A stretch of 64,000 nucleotides of DNA from Isurus oxyrinchus. Its lineage: Eukaryota. The DNA is taken from contig JANJGN010000037.1 in NCBI GenBank assembly GCA_026770705.1, positions 496,001-560,000 on the forward strand, in the 5' to 3' direction. A model generated the notes under the pieces. That model saw only the letters and a program-made list of their open reading frames with translations, was not told where the DNA came from and did no database searches. The translations under genes were made by a program, and so were the position numbers. Below, one piece after another: positions 1-10,471 of the stretch. Positions within the stretch are counted from its first letter, which is position 1; each line of letters starts with the position of its first letter.

Positions 1-24
1 CCATAACCACTTGGCTATTTAGGC

Positions 25-127
25 AAGTTCTGTCGAAGGGTCATGAAGACTCGAAACGTCAACTCTTTTCTTCTCCGCCGATGCTGCCAGACCTGCTGAG
101 TTTTTCCAGGTAATTCTGTTTTTGTTT
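25..127 (+). mobile_element. Penelope-like element terminal (pLTR/tail) fragment inserted in the tRNA-like array
   Basis: Near-exact reverse complement of 3093-3192, the terminus of the RT+GIY-YIG element. Confidence 0.85.
26..64 (+). ncRNA. Minimal type I hammerhead ribozyme motif (core variant CUGUCGA)
   Basis: AGTT-CTGTCGA-A-GGGTC-atgaa-GACTC-GAAA-C-GTC-AACT: stem I AGTT/AACT, stem II GGGTC/GACTC, loopless stem III, GUC cleavage triplet. Matches the PLE-associated minimal HHR architecture. Confidence 0.6.
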
Positions 128-770
128 AGCATTGTTTTATAGTTTGCCATTTGTGAGATTTGAACTTTTGATCTTGGGGTTACAAACCAAGTACAATAAC
201 CATTTGGCTATTTAGGCCAAGCTATATCTCCCTGTAACTCTTTCGAGTACAGACACTTTTCCATCTGTTCCTATTCAGATGAAGTTACATAGTTTCATAG
301 TTTGCCATTGTGAGATTTGAACTTTTGAACTTGGGGTTGCATGCCCAGTACCATAACCACTTGGCTACTTAGGACAAGCTATATCTTCGTCTAGACCAAG
401 ACACTCAACCTCACTGTTAACCACCCGGCCAATCCATGTGTCATCCGCAAATTTACTAATCCAGGATGTAACTCTCCAGTTGGATACATCGCGTCTCTCA
501 GATCTTACACTCTCAACACCTTCGTGTGAGGAACAGGTTGGGCGGGAATTGGGTCTTTGTTGATTTGAGCAAACAGAGCAATGCAGCAATGAGAAGTTCC
601 TCACCCCCCGGCGGCTTGGGGAAGGATGGGACTCAGATATAGGAACCTGACAGGTGCTGCAAAAAGGAAAATCACATCGAATGTTTTAAAGCAGTGACGA
701 TGAATATGGAACTCAGAACCAGTTTTAGCGAATGCAATGGATTTCGTGGCCGAGCAGATCGTGCAGGAAT

Positions 771-853
771 GTCAGGGGTGCCGAGCGGTCTATGTCGCTG
801 CGTTCAAGTCACAGTCTCTTCTGGAGGCGTGGGTTCGAATCCCACTCCTGACA
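771..853 (+). pseudogene. tRNA-Leu pseudogene (Leu-CAG body, anticodon mutated to CAA)
   Basis: GTCAGGGGTGCCGAGCGGTCTATGTCGCTGCGTTCAAGTCACAGTCTCTTCTGGAGGCGTGGGTTCGAATCCCACTCCTGACA. Paralog of 35778-35860 with T8>G, D-stem and anticodon-stem mismatches and no adjacent T4. Confidence 0.85.
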
Positions 854-869
854 CTAATTCTCCTTCAGC

Positions 870-1170
870 AACTTCCAACCCGAGACATCCAGCACTTGGA
901 AGGAAAAGTGCAACAGATGCATGAAAACACCAACAGCAGCAAGCTCCCCTCCGAGCCACAAACCATCCAGACTTGGAACTGGATCGCCGTCCCTTCATTG
1001 TCGCTGGGGCAAAACCATGGAACCCCCTCCGTAGCAGCACTGTGGGTGTACCTACACCACAAGACCTGTTGCGGTTCAAGATGGCAGCTCATTTCCAGCT
1101 TCTCAAGGACAATTCCGGTTGGGTAATAAATGCTGGAGGAGCCATCGACGCCCAGATCCCGTGAAAAAAT
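870..1170 (+). mobile_element. 3' end fragment of CR1/Jockey-group LINE (family B)
   Basis: Homologous to 31725-32030 (cagcactgtgggtgtacctacacc ... aataaatgctgg ... atcccgtgaa). Confidence 0.75.
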
Positions 1171-1844
1171 AAAACAAAAGCTCTTGTTCACCGGAACACA
1201 GCTCATTTCACTGAACGATTTCAGCAACAGCTCCGAAATTTAATAAAACTCCCCAAACGACTTGAAAGGAGCTTTATCAAGCAACATTCGATATCGAGTC
1301 ACATATTTGGACAACTGAACAAAACCTTTCTAAAACTGATAGATTTGAAGGGGGAGTGAACTGGGGATGTTTCTAGAAGGAATTGCAGAGCTCAAGGCTC
1401 AGACAGCTGAAGATGTGGACGCTAATGATGAAACAATGAAAAGTGTAAATGAGCAAGAGGACAGAGATAGATTCAGAAAGAGAAAGGGAGATGTCTGGGA
1501 ACGGAACTGGAACTCCAGTTCAGCCAATGAGAAATCTCCACCTCAACCACTAATGTTCAGAGCCGCTCATTCCATGTGTCCAGTTGGAAATCTGTCTGAA
1601 GGAACATGCAGTCTGACAGAGCGCCTGTGATAATCCTCCACTATCTGATCTAAAGTTGTAACAGGAGCTGTTCATTACAGCTGTCTAAACCGCGATGGCC
1701 TTGATATTCAGTGGTGCAGATTCATATCATCATTTGAAATCTTTCTGAAAGCTGAGCAGACTGACTCTGTCAGCATCTTTAAAGGTTTTTGTTTTGTCCT
1801 GCAATAACCCACAGGGCAGGAAAGGCAGCTCGTTGTCCTTTGGT

Positions 1845-2043
1845 ACAAAAGCAAAATACTGCAGATGCTGGAAATCTGAAACAACGCCCGAAAATGCTGC
1901 ACATGCTCAGCACATCTGGCAACATCTGTGGAGAGTGAAACAGATTCACGTTTCAGGTCTTTTTGGTGCAAGTTCGCGCCCTGAAATTTAAACTGTTTCA
2001 CTCTTCACAATAATACCAGATCTGCGAAAGATTTCTAGCAATT
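1845..2043. mobile_element. Decayed fold-back pair of Penelope-like tails
   Basis: aaagcaaaatactgcagatgctggaaatctg...gtggagagtgaaacag...gtttcagg followed by its inverted counterpart cctgaaat...ctgtttcactcttcac...ccagatctg. Confidence 0.65.
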
Positions 2044-2068
2044 CATTGCGGGTAATTGAGCATCGTTA

Positions 2069-2142
2069 GGTTCTGTGGTTTAATTGGTTAAAACACCTGC
2101 CGAGTAAACAGGAGATCCTGGGTCCAAATCCCAGCAGAACCT
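2069..2142 (+). pseudogene. tRNA-Thr(AGT), probable pseudogene
   Basis: GGTTCTGTGGTTTAATTGGTTAAAACACCTGCCGAGTAAACAGGAGATCCTGGGTCCAAATCCCAGCAGAACCT. Vertebrate Thr-AGT body with paired acceptor stem, but U33>G, a C-A mismatch in the anticodon stem and B-box GTCCAA. Confidence 0.8.
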
Positions 2143-3092
2143 AACTTCGTTGGATTTCATCTGGGCAGTTGGGCGCTTGCTTTATAACAGGGCCAAATCT
2201 GGAATTTAAGGTTAAAATGGTCTCTCCTTTTACAGTGGACTATCTGCAAAGGCTTTAACAATGACAGGTTTTCCTTTCTGTGACCGTCGAAGAGACCTTG
2301 TGCAAGTTACGACACACAATGAGAAACTCTCCCCAGTGTGCCGCTACTGGAAGAGCTGAGCTCTATTCTATTTAACAATTGATGCTCGGAACATGAACAT
2401 CGAGATTTTGAAAAGACAAGGGGAACATCACTGGGTCAAAATTCAGACATCATCCTGGGAAATAAGTGGAAGAGAGATCAAAGCAGATTACTGCATGAAC
2501 ATTGGAACAAACAGTTTCTAAATCCTGTTTTCAGGGAATTCACTGAAAATCTCTGACTAACCTGTTTCCGACTCTGGTTAAAATACTGAATATTCTGCAT
2601 TTACATCGGGGCGGAAATTTGGTTTATAATTCATTTGTGAACAAAAGTATCGAGCGTTTAGGTGTTGTTAAGCTGGCAGCAGGTAACAATTTCAAGGAGC
2701 GATCCTTATGACCTGGTCAACACGTTCCAATTAACTTTAATCTTTCCCAAGGAGGGATATTAGGTATCACTCCAGGAAAATCCCAAAGCATTTGGGATGG
2801 ATGCACTACAAAAAATCAGGACTTTCAAAACACCTTAACAACCCACAATTCCTTCAAATGAAATGTGTTCGCTATTGCATTGGACCTAGAAACTGCTCTC
2901 AGCGTTAATCTCAGTGAGGCAGAGTGTGACTGTGTACCTGTCAGTGTGGAGGTGACCAGTTCGGGGTCACTATCGGCCGCTTCCAGCCGAGAGTAAGGCA
3001 CAATGCAAGGGGGATGTTTACCCCGGGCTTTGGAAGATATTGTCAGTCGGGAAAAGGGACATATCTAAAGGAACCAAATAATAAATCCCAGG

Positions 3093-4897
3093 ACAAAAAC
3101 AGAATTACCTGGACAAACTCAGCAGGTCTGGCAGTATCGGCGGAGAAGAAAAGAGTTGACGTTTCAAGTCCTCATGACCCTTCGACAGAACTTGAGTTTG
3201 AGTCCAAGAAAGAGTTGAAATACAAGCTGGTTTAAGGTGTGTGTGTTGGGGGCGGAGAGATAGAGAGAGGGAGAGGTGGGGGGAGGGTGTGGTTGTCTGG
3301 ACAAACAAGCAGTGATAGAAGTAGATCATCAAAAGATGTCAACGACAATGGTACAATAGAACACATAGGTGTTAAAGTTAAAGTTGGTGATATTATCTAA
3401 ACGAATGTGCTAATTAAGAATGGATGGTAGGGCACTCAAGGTATAGCTCTACTGGGAGTGTTTTTTTCATATAATGGAAATAAGTGGGAAAAGGAAAATA
3501 TTTATAATTTATTGGAAAAAAAGGAAGGGGGAAACAGAAAGGGGGTGGGGATGGGGGAGGGAGTTCACGACCTAAAGTTGTTGAATTCAATATTCAGTCT
3601 GGAAGGCTGTAAGGTGCCTAGTCGGAAGATGAGGTGTTGTTCCTCCAGTTTGCATTGGGCTTCACTGGAACAATGCAGCAAGCCAAGGACAGACATGTGG
3701 GCAAGAGAGCAGGGTGGAGTGTTAAAATGGCAAGCGACAGGGAGGTTTGGGTCATTTTTGCGGACAGACCGCAGGTGTTCTGCAAAGCGGTCGCCCAGTT
3801 TACGTTTGGTCTCTCCAATGTAGAGGAGACCATATTGGGAGCAACGAATGCAGTAGACTAAGTTGGGGGAAATGCAAGTGAAATGCTGCTTCACTTGAAA
3901 GGAGTGTTTGGGCCCTTGGACAGTGAGGAGAGAGGAAGTGAAGGGGCAGGTGTTACATCTTTTGCGTGGGCATAGGAGGGGGTTGAGGAGTAGGGGGTGA
4001 TGGAGGAGTGGACCAGGGTGTCCCGGAGGGAGCGATCCCTACGGAATGCCGATAAGGGGGGTGAAGGGAAGATGTGTTTGGTGGTGGCATCATGCTGGAG
4101 TTGGCAGAAATGGCGGAGGATGATCCTTTGAATGCGGAGGCTGGTGGGGTGATAAGTGAGGACAAGGGGGACCCTATCATGTTTCTGGGAGGGAGGAGAA
4201 GGCATGATGGCAGATGCGCGGGAGATGGGCCAGACACTGTTGAGGGCCCTGTCAAAGACCGTGGGTGGAAAACCTCGCTTAAGGAAGAAGGAGGACATGT
4301 CAGAGGAACTGTTTTTGAAGGTAGCATCATCGGAACAGATGCGATGAAGGCGAAGGAACTGGGAGAATGGGATGGAGTCCTTACAGGAAGCGGAGTGTGA
4401 GGAGCTGTAGTCGAGGTAGCTGTGGGAGTCGGTGGGTTTGTAATGGATATTGGTGGACAGTCTATCACCAGAGATTGAGACAGAGAGGTCAAGGAAGGGA
4501 AGGGAAGTGTCAGAGATGGACCACGTGAAAATGATGGAGGGGTGGAGATTGGAAGCAAAATTAATATATTTTTCCAAGTCCCGACGAGAGCATGAAGCGG
4601 CACCGAAGTAATCATTGATGTACCGGAGAAAAAGTTGTGGAAGGGGACCGGAGTAGGACTGCAACAAGGAATGTTCCACATACCCCATAAAGAGACAGGC
4701 ATAGCTGGGGCCCATGCGGGTACCCATAGCCACACCTTTTATTTGGAGGAAGTGAGAGGAGTTGAAGGAGAAATTGTTCAGCGTGAGAACAAGTTCAGCC
4801 AGACGGAGGAGAGTAGTGGTGGATGGGGATTGTTCGGGCCTCTGTTCAAGGAAGAAGCTAAGGGCCCTCAGACCACCCTGGTGGGGGATGGAGGTGT
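3093..4897 (-). mobile_element. Penelope-like retroelement, 5'-truncated (RT C-terminal half + GIY-YIG endonuclease + tail)
   Basis: ORF 3891-4733 has AMGTRMGPSYACLF and RYIND (RYIDD motif mutated). ORF 3565-3894 has NLVYCIRC..LYIGETKRKLGDRFAEH (GIY-YIG). The two are frameshifted relative to each other. Confidence 0.93.
3154..3192 (-). ncRNA. Minimal hammerhead ribozyme motif in Penelope tail
   Basis: Minus strand AGTT-CTGTCGA-A-GGGTC-atgag-GACTT-GAAA-C-GTC-AACT. Confidence 0.6.
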
Positions 4898-5537
4898 AAT
4901 AAATCCCAGGGCCCAGATTGGAGAATCTGCAGATTCCCCTTGGGAAAGTGAATCGGAGCAGAATGAAGGGTGAACAGTTCCACTGTCCAGAAGCGATGAA
5001 GACACAGCTCAGTCAGCCCGTCCCCCTCCATTCTCATGCTGGAACATTCCTCACAGGGAAATTGTTGAACCCAGTGAAATAAATCCTTGCAGCCGATAAT
5101 TTATACAACTGATTGAAGGAATGTCGAACTTGGTTACTAAGTGACGGTGAAAAGTTGAACATTTATTCCCTTCACCCAAACTGCGATGAAATGTGAACAT
5201 TTTTTTTCTCATTTTAAAAATAATTTGAAGGTCCTTGGTAAAAATGTTCAGTGTTTATGAGAGTGGGGTCTGGGTGAGCAGCTGGTGAGTGCAACAGGGC
5301 CAGTGCTGGATGCAAGAAGCTCCCGTCAGTGTGTGTGGGTCTGATGGAGCCGAGTGTTGGTGTTTCAATAAATCATGGAAATTCGCTCCAACAGTTGTTT
5401 TTTTCTTCATTTGATTGTAAACAACTTGAAATAAAGGGAATAAGTGCAGGGACTTTTGTGTATGTATTTCAGCTGCCATTGTCCAGTGGTTAAATTTTCC
5501 TCTAAAAATTCACTGGCTTTTTCGACGTTGAATTGAG

Positions 5538-7960
5538 TCATAGAAACATAGAAACTGGGAGCAGGAGTAGGCCATTCAGCCTTTCGACCCTGTTCCGCCA
5601 TTCATTATGGTCATGGCTGATCATCCAACTCGATAGCCTGCTCCCACTTTCTCCCCATACCCTTTGATCCCTTTCGCCCCAATAGCTATATCTAAGTTCT
5701 TCTTGTTTTGGTCTCAATTGCTTTCTGTGGTAACGAATTCCACAGGCTCACCATTCTCTGGGTGAATAAATTTCTATTGATCTCAGTCCTAATGGTCTAG
5801 CCCATATCCTCAGACTGTGACCCCTGGTTCTGGGCACCCTCACCATCCGGAACATAATTCCTGCATCTACCCTGTCTTGTACTGTTATAATTTTATAGGT
5901 TTCTATGAGATCCTCATTCTTCTGAATTCCAGCGAATATAATCCTAATCGACTCAATATCTCCTCATATGCCAGTCCGGCCATCCCTAGAATCAGTTGGG
6001 TAAACATTTGCTGCACTCCCTCTATAACAAGTACATCCTTCCTCAGATAAGGAGACCAAAACTGCACACAGTATTTCAGATGTGGTCTCACCAAAGTCCT
6101 GTACAATTGAAGCAAGGCATCCCTGTTCCTGTACTCGAATCCTGTGGCTCTGAAGGCCAACATACCATTTTCCTTCTAGACCACCTGCTGAACCCGCATG
6201 CTTACCTTCAGTGACTGGTGTACAAGGACATCCAGGTCTCGTTGCACATTCCCCTCTCAATTTATAGCCATTCAGATAATAATCTGCCTTCCTGTTTTTT
6301 GCTACCAAAACGGATAACCTCACATTTACCCACATTATACAGCATCTACCATGCATCTGCCCACTTCGTTCAGCTTGTCCAAATCACACTGAAGCATCTC
6401 CAAATACCCCTCAAAGCTCACCCTCCCACCCAGCCTTGTGTCATCTGAAAATTTGGAGATATTACGTTTAATTCCCTCATCTAAATCATTAATATATATT
6501 GTGAATAACTGGGGTCCCAGCACCGATCCCTGCAGTATCCCACTAAGCACTGCCTGCTACTCGGAAAAAGACCCGTTTATTCCTACTCTTTGTTTCCTGT
6601 CTGCCAAACTGTTTTCTATCCATCTCAATATGCTACCCCCAATCCCCTGCGCTTTAATTTTAGATGCCAACCTTTTCCATGGGACTTTGTGGAAAGCTTT
6701 ATGAAAGTCCAAATAAACCACATCCACTGGCTCCCCCTCATCAACTCTACTAGTTACATCCTTGAAAGATTCCAATAGATTTATCAAGCATGATTTCCCT
6801 TTCATAATTCCATGCTGATTCTGTCCGATTCTGCCATTGTTTTCCACGTGATCAGCTATTAAATCTTTTATAACAGACTCTGAAATTTTCCCCACAACCG
6901 GCCTCAGGCTGACTGGTCTATAATTCCCTGTTTTCTCTCTGCCTCCCTTTTTAAATAGTGGGGTTACATTAGTTAACCTCCGATGTATAGGAACTGTTCT
7001 GGAGTTTATAGAATCTCGGAAGTTGAGCACCAATGCATCCATTATTTCTAGGGCCACTTCCTTAAGTACTCTGAGATGTAGATTATCAGACCCTGGGGCT
7101 TTATCGGCCTTCAATCCCATCAATTTCCCCAACACCATCTCCCAACTAATACTGATTTCTTTCAGTTCCTCCCTCTCACTAACCCTGTGTTCCCCAACAT
7201 TTCTGGTATGTTATTCGTGTCCTCCATTGAGAAGACAGAACAAAAGTATTTATTTAGTTGGTCAGCCATTTCTTTGTTCCCCATTATAAATTCCCCTGTT
7301 TCAGTCTGTAAGTGACCCTCATTTGTCTTCACCAATATTTTTCTCTTCACACACCTATAGAAACCTTTACAGTCAGTTTTTATGTTCCCTGCAAACTTAC
7401 ATTCGTACTCTGTTTTCCCCTTCTTAATCAATCCCTTAATCCTCTATTGCTCAATTCTAAACTGCTCCCAATCCTCAGGTCTGTTGTTTTTTCTAGCCAA
7501 TTTGTATGCCTCTTCCTTGGATCTAATACTATCTCTAATTTCCATTGTAAGCCATGGATTGGCCACCTTTCCTGTTTTATTTTTGAGCCAGACTGGAATA
7601 AACAAATGTTGCAGTTCACCCATGCGCTCCTTGAATGTTTGCCATCGCCCACCCTCCATTATCCCTTTAAGTAATGTTTCCCAATCCATCGTAGCCAACT
7701 CACACCTCATACAATTGTAGTTTCCTTTATTAAGATTCAAGACCAAAGTCTCAGAATTAACTACATCACTCCTCAGCTTGAAGAATTCTATCATATTATG
7801 GTCACTCATCCCCAAGGGAACTCGCACAACCAGATTGCCAATTATTCTTTTCACATTACACGATACCCAGTTGAGGATGGCCTGTTCTCTCGTTGGTTCC
7901 TCAATGTATTGGTCCAGAAAAAACATCTCGTGTACACTTCAGGAATTCCTCCTGTACGGT
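5538..7960 (-). mobile_element. CR1 LINE (HER1-like) ORF2 fragment, decayed
   Basis: Minus ORFs contain QYIEEPTREQAIL, KAPGSDNLHLRVLKE, GNYRPVSL, VYLDFHKAFHKVP, QGSVLGPQLFTIYINDL and KFSDD. CR1 3' UTR with (TTCTATG) tail at 5538. Confidence 0.92.
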
Positions 7961-9673
7961 CCTGTGCCCAGAGGATCTGTTCAGTATTTTTAATTCTGTC
8001 TTATCATTTATCCTCCATTTCCACAGAATGCTGACACTGAAATTGCTCACATTCTCACTGTTGTTCTCTATGAAGCAGGTATTGTCTGCACGGTCTAATG
8101 GAGACATGCTCAGAGGGCTGTGCCAGAGGGTTTCTTTCAGGTTTTAGGCCTCTTTTGGTCCATTAGCAGCAACCAGATGTCTGCAGAGGAACTCAGAATG
8201 CCAAACCCCTCTTCTTAGGATGGACTTAATCAGGAGACAAAATCTTGGTTAAAGAGAGAATAAAAGGCCTGGGGATTTGGGCCGAGATTCCCGGAGCTTG
8301 TGGGAATAACACAAATCGGTGGAACAATATGTCATTCGCGGAATACGAGCTCGGGAGATTATCCAGTCCATGCTGGGGGACTGCGGGGAAGGAAGTTGTT
8401 TTGTCTGCCCATCCCAGCCGAATGTTGGTTGTTAAGCGGCGGTCAGACCCTGAGGGGAGGGTGAAAGTCCTTCACTGTGTTTGAAGGCTGTATATCAGAT
8501 CTTGGAGGTATCGCTGCTGTGTTCCCAGGAAGCGGGCGTCTCAGTCTTCGAGTGAAAAGCTTACATGGAGGACCGGCTTCTCAGTAAAAAACAAAACTGG
8601 AGATGTGGGACGTTAGAATCTGCTCAGCTCTGATTCACATTAATTCATTTTGTGTCCTGGAATAAACAAGTGGTTTGTAGCTGTCTATTATGGAAAGAAA
8701 TAGAACTCAGAAGATTCTGGCCAGTACCTTCACAATTTCCACTATTACATCCCACAGAATCTTCAGCTGCATCTCATTAAGTCCTAGAGGATTAGCAACA
8801 TTAAGCACCAGCAGTCCTTCTGGTAACTCTTTAACAAGCGTTATATGTGAAATGAGACATTTGCAAATTGTCGATGGAAGAAGTGAGCATTTTTATTGAA
8901 GAGGCATTAAAGGGGAAGAGGCAACCCTTTGAGATAAAGAAGTAGGGTTAGCAGGAATAAAAGTAGCAATAAGTGAAATGATGGGGGCAGGTTGTTATGG
9001 ACTGATCACAGATTTTCATATAATTATTTAACAGAGATTGAGAGTCCATTTTTTTCCTTGTCTTTGAGGAGTTTAACATTGAAGGAAGCCTATCTTCATT
9101 AAAAATGCATCATGATCTTAGTTTACAAAACAATGTGTGTAGATGGGATTCAAAGAATTAGAGGCATATCACATTATAATGTGAATTATATGATCCTGGT
9201 GAGGGCTAGGGAAAATCTTTGAGAGGAAAGGTAAGGCCGTGGAGGATGCGCAGTGGAGATTTACTGCAATGGTATCAGTGGTAGGGAGTCTGTATGTGCA
9301 TGGACAAAAAAGAACTGGGGGTGCTCTTCTTATCACCACGAATGTCAAGGGGAGATTTAACACAGGTATTTAATATCAACCCAGGTATATTTTTCAAACA
9401 CATTAAACAATAGTTTTGTTTTCAATTGACAGATGTTCAACAACTAATGAAGAGTTAATACATGCTAGAGGATTTTGCTTTTGTCATAATTTAATTTGTC
9501 AGAAAATGTTTCACATTGGTCCATTCCAAACAGTCCCTGACCTGATGTGATAGAAATTCCTTTCACTTACAGAAGCTGCATTTCCAACATTGCGCACCAG
9601 GCTGCTCATTCAGAAACTTCTTACCAAGTTTTCAAGGATGGAAAAAGGGTGTGAGACTGTGTTCTAAAACTCA

Positions 9674-9755
9674 GACAGGTGACTGAGAGGTTAAGGTGAT
9701 GAATTGCTAATCTGTTTTTTTTAAACACACATGGGTTCCAATCACATCCTTGTTG
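9674..9755 (+). pseudogene. tRNA-Ser(GCT) pseudogene
   Basis: GACAGGTGACTGAGAGGTTAAGGTGATGAATTGCTAATCTG-T8-AAACACACATGGGTTCCAATCACATCCTTGTTG. Ser-GCT homology with an internal T run and a damaged B-box. Confidence 0.75.
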
Positions 9756-10471
9756 TTAGCTTATTATTATTAATTAATTGTTTTGTTCTATTTCATTACA
9801 TTTTGCAGAAAATCGACCTGGAATCTGATGCTCATCAATACCTCACTGGAGATCCCAGATTTGTTCAGACTTCATCAAAATTGAGACTGGTAATTACAGG
9901 TCTTGAGCAAAATATTTCTAGAATGATTATAAAATAGGATTCATAAAAGGCAGCGAGATTTTCCGATCTCTGCGTTTACACTGGCTGAAAGAGTAATGGG
10001 AAAAATTAATGGTGATGGAGCAGTAACATAACATTATGCTTGGGGAACACATTTAGTTTGAAATTTTCTTGGTAAGTTTAGTGAGTGAGACAGTTTTAGC
10101 AAATGAACTTTAAAGTGAGGGGCCATCCAATTAAACCTATGAAAAATAGATCAGGTTGTTTAATTTTGTGGTGAGATGCTCAAAACTGTGGAGGAGCAGA
10201 GAGCCATTCACAGATATCATTCAAAGCCAGTGGACATGAAGGTTAAAAAAAGTAACTAGGCTAATAGAATATAAAGGGTTGGAACTCATGCTACAGTTAT
10301 ATAAAATCTGTTTAGAGCCCATTTAGATCACTGTGTTCAGTTCTGGACAGCACGCCTCAGGAAGGTTAGATTGCCCTTGGTGTGGGAACAGCAGAGTTTC
10401 ACCACAGTGATAGCAGGCTCAAATTGATGAGGAGAGATTGCAAAGACTAGCTTTGCAACGCTTTGAATCTC

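Larger units (their letters stand above)
1..385 (-). repeat. Tandem repeat (~158 bp period) of a tRNA-like unit; copies at 1-24 (partial), 145-217, 303-374
   Basis: Minus-strand unit GCCTAAATAGCCAAATGGTTATTGTACTTGGTTTGTAACCCCAAGATCAAAAGTTCAAATCTCACAAATGGCA has an A-box (TAGCCAAgTGG), an anticodon-like arm and a B-box (GTTCAAATC). It occurs three times and runs off the window edge. Confidence 0.75.
462..1800 (+). repeat. Segmental duplication unit A (tRNA-Leu module); inverted paralog at 33230-33900 plus 35540-36142, partial third copy ~45590-45770
   Basis: For example cagatcttacactctcaacaccttcgtgtgagg (499) is the reverse complement of ~36073-36105, and 1540-1700 is the reverse complement of ~33430-33590. 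Confidence 0.9.

Noticed and set aside
771-853. Genuine tRNA-Leu(CAA)
   Set aside because: Body and flanks are a damaged duplicate of the Leu-CAG gene at 35778.
3565-4733. Functional RT/GIY-YIG gene
   Set aside because: 5'-truncated, catalytic YIDD reads YIND, and a frameshift separates RT from the endonuclease.
3953-4735. 260-aa Pro/Ser-rich ORF
   Set aside because: Alternative frame of the C-rich Penelope RT strand.
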